From: Nitrososphaerota archaeon
GTDB lineage: Archaea > Thermoproteota > Nitrososphaeria > Nitrososphaerales > UBA57
Assembly: GCA_002713205.1 (NCBI GenBank)
Contig: PAVW01000019.1
Coordinates: 1-25,631 of the forward strand
Direction: 5' to 3'
Length of the DNA: 25,631 nucleotides
Shown: in pieces, positions 16,290-23,939 of the stretch
Layout: each line of letters starts with the position of its first letter
Numbering within the stretch: position 1 is the first letter of the stretch
Position numbers and translations under genes: made by a program
The notes under the pieces: model-generated
Told to the model about the DNA's origin: nothing
The model's database searches: none
The model's input: the letters and a program-made list of their open reading frames with translations, nothing else

Positions 16290-17528
16290 ATGCCTATTGA
16301 TATTTTACTATCAAAAGGAAACGAACTTCAAGATAGACGTATTTTATTCTGTATAACGGGTAGCGTGGCAGCTATGGAATCTCCACGTATTATAAGAGAA
16401 CTAATTAAACATGGAGCTGATGTTATTCCAGTTCTTAATGATAATGCGATAAATCTAATTAGTCCTATGCTTTTAGAATGGGCCAGTGGTAATCCTCCTA
16501 TTACTAAATTGTCTGGTAAAATGGAACATGTTCAATTAACAAATGGGAAAAAAGATAGTGCGGATCTTATCTTAATTGCTCCTTGTACTGCTAACACAAT
16601 TGGAAAAATTGCTAATGGTATTTGTGATGATGTAATTACAACTATGTGTTGTGTTGGATTGGGTTCCGATACACCTATTGTTCTAGTTCCTGGAATGCAT
16701 GAACCTATGTATCTTAATCCAATGGTTCAAAATAATCTTATGAAATTAAAATCCATGAATGTATCTATTATTGATCCTGTTATTATGGAAAACAAAGCAA
16801 AAATGGCAAATTACGATGCCATATTATCTGTTACAGTTGCAAAATTATTTAAACAAGATCTCCATGGTAAAAATATTCTTGTTACTGCTGGACCCACTGT
16901 TGAAAATATTGATCCTGTAAGAATTATTACGAATAATTCATCTGGCAAAATGGGATTGTTGATTGCAAGTGAAGCTCACAGACGCGGAGCTAACGTTACT
17001 TTAATTTATGGAACTGGTAACCAATCCATTCCAAATAATATACGTACTTTAAGAATTCAAACTTCTGCAGAACTGTTTGATGTTACTCAACAGGAATTAA
17101 CATCACATAATTTTGATTTATATATTGCTGCTGCAGCTCCTACTGATTTTAAAGTAATTAATTCTTCGCAAGAAAAGATTTCTTCAAGAAATTTGGATTC
17201 ATTAAAACTTGAACTTGTTCCTTATCCCAAGACAATTGATACGGTTAAAAAAATACGTCCTGCTACTAAATTGATAGTTTTTAAAGCGATTTATGACGTG
17301 AATAAAACTGATACTAAGAAAAATATTAATGACTTATTTGTCACCAGCAAGGCCGATATAGTTATAGTTAATGATGTCTCACGTGAAAATTCTGGATTTC
17401 AATCTGATTTTAATGAGGTAACAATCCATTCAAAATCTAAGTCTTTTTCTATCTCACATACTTCCAAATCTAATATTGCTCAAGCGATTATTAATTCAAG
17501 TGTTGAACTTCTTAATTCTGAAAACTAA
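16290..17528 (+). CDS. coaBC: bifunctional phosphopantothenoylcysteine decarboxylase / phosphopantothenate-cysteine ligase
   Basis: 412-aa ORF. The N-terminal flavoprotein domain shows ILFCITGSVAA and APCTANTIGKIANGICDD. The C-terminal DFP domain shows VTAGPTVENIDPVRIITNNSSGKMG. Confidence 0.92.
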   Translation: MPIDILLSKGNELQDRRILFCITGSVAAMESPRIIRELIKHGADVIPVLNDNAINLISPMLLEWASGNPPITKLSGKMEHVQLTNGKKDSADLILIAPCTANTIGKIANGICDDVITTMCCVGLGSDTPIVLVPGMHEPMYLNPMVQNNLMKLKSMNVSIIDPVIMENKAKMANYDAILSVTVAKLFKQDLHGKNILVTAGPTVENIDPVRIITNNSSGKMGLLIASEAHRRGANVTLIYGTGNQSIPNNIRTLRIQTSAELFDVTQQELTSHNFDLYIAAAAPTDFKVINSSQEKISSRNLDSLKLELVPYPKTIDTVKKIRPATKLIVFKAIYDVNKTDTKKNINDLFVTSKADIVIVNDVSRENSGFQSDFNEVTIHSKSKSFSISHTSKSNIAQAIINSSVELLNSEN

Positions 17529-18313
17529 AATCGTTGTTCTAAACCTGATCTTTTTAGGCTTTTTATTACAGGTACTCCTACTATTGTAGCTAGTATTGCA
17601 ATTGCAATTCTTTCTATTGGATATACGTAGAATATTAATTGCCAAATTCCTGGAAATGCTTCTGCCTCAATAGCGCCCAAGTATATTCCCAGAGTTGTTT
17701 GGAACATAATTCCTCCTATTACATGTTGAAATAAAGTACTAGATATTGCTATGATGAAGAATCCTGTAAATTCTCTTCTTTTTATTACAAATGAGGTATT
17801 GAAATTTGATATTGATTTTACTGCTGATTTACCTATTGGTGATATAATTACTAATAATACAATAATATGCATCCAATTAAATGGTATCTGCACTTGATCA
17901 TTCAATGATATTAAAATTTCCGTATATGGCAATGTTAAAAATATTGTTAATGCTATTAAAAACAAAATTACACTAATTATTCTTTTATTTCTCATCATTA
18001 ATCCTATGAATAATGTTGCCGAGGCCGCTGGTAGAAAATCCCAACCAAGAAATATTGGTGGTTTTCCTAATACAAATCCTAGGAATGTACCTAACATTAT
18101 ACTTGCAAATCCTATTGTCGGACCTAGAAAAATACCATAAATTGGTACTAAAACATCTCCTAATGAAAAACTCGCTCCAGGAACTCCCATTACTGGAAAA
18201 GATGGAATTATTCTGAAAATTGCATAAATTACAGAAAAAGAACTAATTATAGCAATTTTTCTACTATCTAAATTTATAAAAGATTTCATATTTACATCCC
18301 TTTTATTTCGCAT
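17525..18313 (-). CDS. polytopic membrane protein, ECF-transporter S-component-like
   Basis: 262-aa ORF with 6-7 TM segments and Gly-rich helices (LGDVLVPIYGIFLGPTIGFASIMLGTFLGFVLG) reminiscent of ECF substrate-capture subunits. The start is uncertain: ATG 18313 overlaps the upstream gene by 11 nt, and an alternative ATG lies at 18289. The stop overlaps the coaBC stop by 4 nt (convergent). Confidence 0.55.
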   Translation of the reverse strand: MRNKRDVNMKSFINLDSRKIAIISSFSVIYAIFRIIPSFPVMGVPGASFSLGDVLVPIYGIFLGPTIGFASIMLGTFLGFVLGKPPIFLGWDFLPAASATLFIGLMMRNKRIISVILFLIALTIFLTLPYTEILISLNDQVQIPFNWMHIIVLLVIISPIGKSAVKSISNFNTSFVIKRREFTGFFIIAISSTLFQHVIGGIMFQTTLGIYLGAIEAEAFPGIWQLIFYVYPIERIAIAILATIVGVPVIKSLKRSGLEQRF

Positions 18314-18923
18314 TATAAATTATTGATACAATCCTTAATTCAATATCTTCTTCTTGAACTAAACATGGATCTGATATATTATTCGCATCTCCTTTTGTTT
18401 TGAATTCTACATTGTTTAAATTATGTTTTATTTCTTCTATTCGATGAATTATTCTATCTCCAGTAAAAGTTTCACAGAGAGGTCCTGATCTTTCTTTAAA
18501 AACAATTATATCTCCTATTTCTATATCCTTTAATTCTGGTACATATCCAAATACTAAATCTGAACAATCAAATGTTGGTTTCATACTCATACCGCCTCCT
18601 TTACATTGTACATTCGCTAGTACTAATACTGAATTATCATAATATAATGGCGGATCTTCAAAATATTTTGGAATCCATACTCCTTCTCTTTCTGATAGAG
18701 TTTTTGTTATTTCTCCAATTTTAAGACTTAAACTAATCCTTGATTGCCTATTAGACTCGTCAATTTTTCTTATATTCTGTTCAAGATTTTCTATTTTTTG
18801 AGTAGCATTGACTAATTTTTCTTCTAATTGAGATACTTGAGGATTTAAGTTGAAATAACCTGAAATTGAACCTAAAAAAATACCAAATAATAAAAAAAAC
18901 ATTACAATACTAATGTTGTTCAT
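18303..18923 (-). CDS. signal peptidase I, archaeal/ER type (S26B), with N-terminal TM plus coiled-coil insertion
   Basis: 206-aa ORF with catalytic boxes GMSMKPTF (Ser), GDIIVFKE, RIIHRI (His) and TKGDANN..D. It is preceded by the TM segment IVMFFLLFGIFLGSISGYF and a coiled segment of about 50 aa (QVSQLEEKLVNATQKIENLEQNIRKIDES). Confidence 0.75.
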   Translation of the reverse strand: MNNISIVMFFLLFGIFLGSISGYFNLNPQVSQLEEKLVNATQKIENLEQNIRKIDESNRQSRISLSLKIGEITKTLSEREGVWIPKYFEDPPLYYDNSVLVLANVQCKGGGMSMKPTFDCSDLVFGYVPELKDIEIGDIIVFKERSGPLCETFTGDRIIHRIEEIKHNLNNVEFKTKGDANNISDPCLVQEEDIELRIVSIIYNAK

Positions 18924-19013
18924 TATTAAATTATTATTGTTTTAATCCATAATAAATAATTCATACTCGTAATATAGCAAGAATTATATTAATTAATTGT
19001 ATTTTTTATAATA

Positions 19014-19841
19014 ATGGATTCTTCTATTGGGAAACATTCGCGGTTAAAAACAATATTTCATGATTCTGATAGTGCTTTTGTTGTAGCTTTTGATCATGGT
19101 ATTCTAATGGGTCCTATAAATGGAATCCAAGATATATCATCTTCTGTAAAAAATGTTGTATTAGGAAACCCTGACGCAATTCAATTAACTCCTCCTCTTG
19201 CCAAAATACTTTCTGAAAATTTTCTTGGACGTAATAGTCCTTCATTAATTGCTAGATTGGACACTTCTAATCTATGGAGATCTGCCCCTCCTCCAAAAAA
19301 TGGTTATTATACTGATTTATTTTCTGTAAAAGATGCAGTACGATTAGATGCAGATGCAGTTGTAACTTATTTACTTGTTGGTTTTGAAAATGATTATGAC
19401 GAAGCTAATAATATTAAAATTCTTAGTAATATTGTACATGAAGCCCATGACTATGGCATGCCTCTTATTATTGAACCTTTAGGCATTTCGAAAGGTTCTC
19501 AAGTTGTTCGTGACAAAAAAATAATTTCCCTTGCCGTGAGAATGGCTACTGAGATTGGTGCTGATCTTCTTAAAGTTGATTATACTGGTGATAAAATTTC
19601 TTTTGGAGAAATTCTTAATTCTACAACTTGTCCAGTTTTAATTAGAGGCGGTCCTAAAACAAAAACTGTTGAAGATTCATTGAAAATGGTTTTGGATTCC
19701 CTTGATTTAGGAGCCAAAGGTATTGTATTTGGACGTAATATTTGGCAATCTTCTGATTCTACAATGACTACTCAAATTTATTCAAATTTCATTCATCGCA
19801 AAATTACTATTGAAGAAGCAATTAAACAACTAAGTGATTAA
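19014..19841 (+). CDS. DhnA-family class I aldolase (FbaB / ADH-synthase AroA' family)
   Basis: 275-aa ORF colinear with archaeal DhnA-type aldolases: AFDHGILMGPINGI, DAVVTYLLVG, GMPLIIEP, GADLLKVDY (Schiff-base Lys context), IRGGPK, GIVFGRNIWQ. The substrate cannot be assigned by eye. Confidence 0.78.
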   Translation: MDSSIGKHSRLKTIFHDSDSAFVVAFDHGILMGPINGIQDISSSVKNVVLGNPDAIQLTPPLAKILSENFLGRNSPSLIARLDTSNLWRSAPPPKNGYYTDLFSVKDAVRLDADAVVTYLLVGFENDYDEANNIKILSNIVHEAHDYGMPLIIEPLGISKGSQVVRDKKIISLAVRMATEIGADLLKVDYTGDKISFGEILNSTTCPVLIRGGPKTKTVEDSLKMVLDSLDLGAKGIVFGRNIWQSSDSTMTTQIYSNFIHRKITIEEAIKQLSD

Positions 19842-19844
19842 CTC

Positions 19845-21788
19845 ATGTCTGACTCCGAACTGAGTTCTTTACCATTTAATGAAAGATATTTCCAAGATTC
19901 TTCATCTAACTATCATAAAATAAGAAACTCTGCTCTTGATAATCCGGAGACATTTTGGAGCAATATTGCCAAAGAATTATCTTGGTTTCGTGACTGGGAT
20001 GAAGTTCTTGATTGGAAACTGCCGTTTGCAAAATGGTTTACAGGTGGGAAAATAAATGCATCATTTAATTGCTTGGATCGATATATGGGCTCTGAATTAA
20101 AAAATAAAATTGCTTATATTTGGGAGGGTGAAAATGGAGATAAAAGAACCCTAACTTATTTACAACTATTTGAACAGGTTAATCATTTTGCTGACGCATT
20201 GTTAAAATTAGGTGTAAAAAAAGGGGATAGAATTGCATTTTATATGCCTATGGTTCCTGAATTTCCTATTGCTATACTTGCTGCTACTAGGATTGGAGTC
20301 ACGTTTACAGTCGTTTTTTCAGGATTTAGCGCTTCCGCACTTGCCGATCGCATCAATGATTCTCAAGCAAAATTGGTTATTACCTCTGATGGAGGTTTTC
20401 GTCGAGGAAAAATATTAAAACTTAAAGATATTGTTGATGAAGCACTTGATAAAACATCTAGTGTAGAAAAAGTCATTGTTTTGAAAAGAGCTGATATTGA
20501 AATTAATATGACTGAAAATCGGGATGTCTGGTGGCATGACTCCATAAAAAATACTCGTGATTTTGTTGAACCTGAACAACTTGAATCAGATCATCCTTTG
20601 TATATCTTGTACACATCGGGAACTACTGGAAAACCAAAAGGTGTATTGCATGGCACTGGAGGATATTTAACTTACGTATATGCAACTACTAAATGGGTTT
20701 TTGATATTCAGAATGATGATATCTATTGGTGTCCTGCTGATATAGGTTGGGTTACTGGACACAGTTACTTTATTTTCGGCCCATTGCTTCAAGGTGCTAC
20801 ATCAATTATGTATGAAGGTGCTCCTGATTATCCAAATCCTGAAAGACTATGGGAAATGATTGACAAGTATAAAGTTTCAATTTTTTATTTTACTCCAACT
20901 GGAATTCGAGCATTAATGAAACATGGAGATGAATTACCGAAAAAACATAATCTGAATAGTTTACGACTTCTTGGTACGGTTGGTGAACCTATTAATCCTG
21001 CAGCTTGGAAATGGTATTATGATGTAATAGGAAACAAAAAATGCCCAATAGTGGATACTTGGTGGCAGACTGAAACAGGGGGTATAATGTTATCTGCATC
21101 TCCACATTTAGGACTCGTTTCATTGAAACCTGGTTCTGCAACCTTTCCTCTCCCTGGTATTGATGCTGACATAGTTGATGAACAAGGAAATTCTATGAAG
21201 TTTGGAGAAAAAGGTTTTCTTGTTATCAAAAAACCATGGCCGGGTATGTTTTTAACACTATACAATGATTCAGAAAGATATAAGCAAGTTTATTGGGAAA
21301 AATTCCCAGGTTATTATTATCCGGGTGACTATGCTATTCGAGATCATGATGGATATTTCTGGTTACTTGGCCGAGCAGACGAAGTTCTTAATGTTGCTGG
21401 ACATCGTCTTGGAACAATTGAAATTGAAGATGCTATGGTTGAACATGCTGCAGTTGCTGAGGCAGCTGTTGCTGGAAAACCTGATGAAATTAAAGGCGAA
21501 TCCATTGTAGTGTTTGCAATATTACAAAAAGGAAATAATCCCTCTACAAAACTTCGTGTTGAATTACGTAATCATGTAAGATCTGTTCTTGGTCCAGTCG
21601 CTACTCCTGAAGAAATATATTTTGTAAATATGTTGCCAAAAACGCGTAGTGGAAAAATTATGAGACGTGTAGTTAAGGCAGTAGCATCAGGAAAAGATAT
21701 TGGTGATGTTACTACTTTAGAAGATGGAGCATCTGTCGATGAAATTAAAAGAACAATTGATGAATTTCGCCAATCGGTCGAGGATTGA
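19845..21788 (+). CDS. acs: acetyl-CoA synthetase (AMP-forming)
   Basis: 647-aa ORF with YTSGTTGKPKGV, WWQTETGG, YFWLLGRADEVLNVAGHRLGT and the C-terminal PKTRSGKIMRR motif. It starts 3 nt after the aldolase stop. Confidence 0.92.
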   Translation: MSDSELSSLPFNERYFQDSSSNYHKIRNSALDNPETFWSNIAKELSWFRDWDEVLDWKLPFAKWFTGGKINASFNCLDRYMGSELKNKIAYIWEGENGDKRTLTYLQLFEQVNHFADALLKLGVKKGDRIAFYMPMVPEFPIAILAATRIGVTFTVVFSGFSASALADRINDSQAKLVITSDGGFRRGKILKLKDIVDEALDKTSSVEKVIVLKRADIEINMTENRDVWWHDSIKNTRDFVEPEQLESDHPLYILYTSGTTGKPKGVLHGTGGYLTYVYATTKWVFDIQNDDIYWCPADIGWVTGHSYFIFGPLLQGATSIMYEGAPDYPNPERLWEMIDKYKVSIFYFTPTGIRALMKHGDELPKKHNLNSLRLLGTVGEPINPAAWKWYYDVIGNKKCPIVDTWWQTETGGIMLSASPHLGLVSLKPGSATFPLPGIDADIVDEQGNSMKFGEKGFLVIKKPWPGMFLTLYNDSERYKQVYWEKFPGYYYPGDYAIRDHDGYFWLLGRADEVLNVAGHRLGTIEIEDAMVEHAAVAEAAVAGKPDEIKGESIVVFAILQKGNNPSTKLRVELRNHVRSVLGPVATPEEIYFVNMLPKTRSGKIMRRVVKAVASGKDIGDVTTLEDGASVDEIKRTIDEFRQSVED

Positions 21789-21795
21789 TTAGATT

Positions 21796-22155
21796 ATGGA
21801 TAATCCTATGGATGGCGCCGTTGAAATTATGAAGAAGGGCGGAACTCTTCTTGGTGAAAAATGTCCTCGCTGTGGTGGTGTTCAAATGAAATACAAAGGC
21901 AGAGTAATTTGTATAACTGAAGATAATTTATCAGAAAATTTAAAGACTAGTAAAATTTCCGATGATGCTACATTATCAAATCTTCGTGATATTGTGATTG
22001 AAAAGCTTGATATTGTTAGTAATTCATTAAGCAAGGAGAATGATGTATCTAAACAAGCTATTTTGGTTGATTTACTTCAAAAATACGTTTTATTACTAAA
22101 AGACTGTGAAAATTCAAATCAAAATACTAAAACCTCAGATAAAACAACAAATTAA
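21796..22155 (+). CDS. UPF0148 / autoantigen-p27-like small Zn-ribbon protein
   Basis: 119-aa ORF. The N-terminal segment MKKGGTLLGEKCPRCGGVQMKYKGRVIC resembles the archaeal UPF0148 family. Only the first CxxC pair is intact; the second half has a single Cys. Confidence 0.55.
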   Translation: MDNPMDGAVEIMKKGGTLLGEKCPRCGGVQMKYKGRVICITEDNLSENLKTSKISDDATLSNLRDIVIEKLDIVSNSLSKENDVSKQAILVDLLQKYVLLLKDCENSNQNTKTSDKTTN

Positions 22156-22199
22156 TAGTTCGATTTATCTTTTTATTATTGCCTCGGGCTCGCCTCGGT

Positions 22200-22212
22200 T
22201 CATTTGTGAGAA
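22200..22212 (+). other. tRNA intron (non-canonical, 8/9), 13 nt
   Basis: The central helix is CUCG(22194-22197)/UGAG(22207-22210, one G:U pair), with bulges GUU (22198-22200) and AAA (22211-22213). Cuts after the 2nd bulge nt yield U8 A9. Confidence 0.75.
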
Positions 22213-22243
22213 AGCTCAGCCTGGTTAGAGCGTTTCCTTGGTA

Positions 22244-22254
22244 TAAAAACAAAA
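22244..22254 (+). other. tRNA intron (canonical 37/38), 11 nt
   Basis: The anticodon stem UUUCC/GGAAA encloses 18 nt. The weak central helix UUG(22238-22240)/CAA(22250-22252) has 3-nt bulges UAU and AAA. Removal leaves the 7-nt loop UUGGUAA. Confidence 0.75.
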
Positions 22255-22300
22255 AGGAAAAGGTCCCGGGTTCAAATCCCGGCCGAGGCTTAATTAAATA

Positions 22301-22308
22301 TTTTTTTT
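22301..22308 (+). terminator. oligo-T (T8) tract downstream of tRNA-Thr
   Basis: A T8 run lies 10 nt after the discriminator base. It abuts and slightly overlaps the 3' end of the convergent YHS-MauE gene. Confidence 0.4.
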
Positions 22309-22924
22309 ATGCAAAAATTATTATTGTGGCCATAATTACCATAATAATATTTTCTATTAGTGTAAATTTTGTTAGAGGGATTTTTATTTTTGTTCCAAGA
22401 CAAGCACATTTCACTTGATTTTTTGATAATAAATTTTTTGTTATTCCTATAGATCCAATTCCCATAATTAATAATGTTATCCACGCAGCTATGATAATGA
22501 CAACTTCATTAAAGTAAAAAACTCCAATTAAATATATAATTCCTAAAATAAATTCAATTTCAGGATATAACAACGCATATACATTTATTCTCTTTGCAAT
22601 GACGTCGTATTTTGAAAATGCTTTGACAAAACCTTTCAAGTCAGAGATTTTCGCGATTGAAAAAACAATAAAATAGATTCCCATGTATGCTATCATAAAA
22701 TCATTTATTACTGCCCAAATTGCCACTACGGTTAATGTTATTCCTATAATCCATGGAATTCTATCATTGAATTTATTTTGTTTTTGAAATTTCTTTGCAG
22801 TGAAAATTTCTTTACAATTATTATTACAAAAATAATATTTTATTCCTGTTCTTTCAAAAACTAGATTGTTTTTTATTGCTTCTTTTTCATTTACTTCCAT
22901 ATTGCAAATGGGGTCTCTTTCCAC
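22307..22924 (-). CDS. YHS-domain / MauE(DoxX)-like membrane fusion protein
   Basis: 205-aa ORF. The N-terminal YHS/TRASH-type metal-binding motif is DPICNMEV....YYFCNNNCKEIF. It is followed by 4-5 TM helices and a CACLG motif, as in the MauE family. The start is GTG at 22924. The first ATG would cut the DPICNM motif. Confidence 0.7.
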   Translation of the reverse strand: MERDPICNMEVNEKEAIKNNLVFERTGIKYYFCNNNCKEIFTAKKFQKQNKFNDRIPWIIGITLTVVAIWAVINDFMIAYMGIYFIVFSIAKISDLKGFVKAFSKYDVIAKRINVYALLYPEIEFILGIIYLIGVFYFNEVVIIIAAWITLLIMGIGSIGITKNLLSKNQVKCACLGTKIKIPLTKFTLIENIIMVIMATIIIFA

Positions 22925-23024
22925 ACTTTTATTTCGATTTATTCATATAAAATTATGATTTTTTTAAAATTTACGCTTATTCTTATCAAAAAGGGTAAAA
23001 TTATAGCAAATTATAATTATATTA

Positions 23025-23939
23025 TTGTTAGTAAATATTCCTCAATTATTTGTAGATAGTATTTTAACTGGAAGTGTTCTTGCTTTGGGAGCTATTGGGC
23101 TTACTCTTGTATACCGTGTCATGAAATTTCCGAACTTTGTTCATGCAGAATTCCTGACTTTCGGAGCTTATGCCGCATATGCCGCAAATCAATATCTTGG
23201 TCTTGGATTGTTAGCTGGAAGTATCTCGTCTTTCATTGCATCTGGACTATTGGCTGTTATTTCTTATCGTTTTGTATTCTCAAAACTGGAAAATGTCAGC
23301 TCGTCTGGAACTACCACCAAGCTTACTTCCATGTTGATTGCATCTATAGGGCTCGGTTTTATATTTAGACATTCAATCCAGGAAATCTGGGGTGCAAATG
23401 TTTTGTATTTCAATATTAAAGTTCCTGTAATCTATGAATATTTTACTGCAAGGTTCACAAGTTTTGATCTTATAATTATATCATCTTCTATTTTTCTTGT
23501 TTTATTCCTCCATGTATTTTTGACTTACACCAATCTCGGTAAATCAATTCGTGCTACATCCGATAATCCTAATCTTTCTTTGATCAGCGGAATAGACACT
23601 GACAGAGTAATTTATACCGTGTGGTTCCTCAGCGGAGGCACTGCAGGGTTTGCAGGTTTCTTGCGAGGTATTGATACTCGTCTCTCTCCATGGCTTGGTT
23701 GGAATATATTGCTTATTGCGTTTGCAGTTGTCATTCTTGGCGGGATTGGAAGCTTTTACGGAGCAATTATTGCAGCGTATCTTATTGGATTCGTTGAGAA
23801 TATAGGAGTCGTTGCGTTGATTAATTTGGAACTACCCACAAGCTACCGACCTGCAATAGCTTTTTCTATATTGATCATTATGCTAATCTTCAGACCTCAG
23901 GGTCTCTTCAGTACTTCCAGTACTCGGAAAGGTGGTTAG
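23025..23939 (+). CDS. livH: branched-chain amino acid-type ABC transporter permease (LivH family)
   Basis: 304-aa polytopic ORF with a LivH-like N terminus (LTGSVLALGAIGLTLVY) and the IRATSDNPNLSLISGI loop. The start is TTG at 23025. Confidence 0.85.
   Translation: MLVNIPQLFVDSILTGSVLALGAIGLTLVYRVMKFPNFVHAEFLTFGAYAAYAANQYLGLGLLAGSISSFIASGLLAVISYRFVFSKLENVSSSGTTTKLTSMLIASIGLGFIFRHSIQEIWGANVLYFNIKVPVIYEYFTARFTSFDLIIISSSIFLVLFLHVFLTYTNLGKSIRATSDNPNLSLISGIDTDRVIYTVWFLSGGTAGFAGFLRGIDTRLSPWLGWNILLIAFAVVILGGIGSFYGAIIAAYLIGFVENIGVVALINLELPTSYRPAIAFSILIIMLIFRPQGLFSTSSTRKGG

Larger units (their letters stand above)
22192..22290 (+). tRNA. tRNA-Thr (GGU) with two introns; exons 22192-22199, 22213-22243, 22255-22290
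   Basis: The spliced product is 75 nt: GCCUCGG UA GCUC AGCCUGGUUA GAGC G UUUCC UUGGUAA GGAAA AGGUC CCGGG UUCAAAU CCCGG CCGAGGC U. All four stems are fully paired. CCA is not encoded. Confidence 0.85.

Noticed and set aside
22181-22290. tRNA-Thr starting at the first GCCTCGG copy (22181) with a larger 5' intron
   Set aside because: No 4-bp central helix or 3-nt bulge geometry could be drawn for that option, and it would give A8 instead of U8. The second copy gives a clean BHB-like motif and U8-A9.
22179-22484. ORFs 22179..22418 (+, 79 aa) and 22290..22484 (-, 64 aa)
   Set aside because: The + ORF reads straight through the tRNA-Thr gene and then antisense to the YHS-MauE gene. The - ORF is an alternative frame of the same 3' region. 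Neither has motif support.
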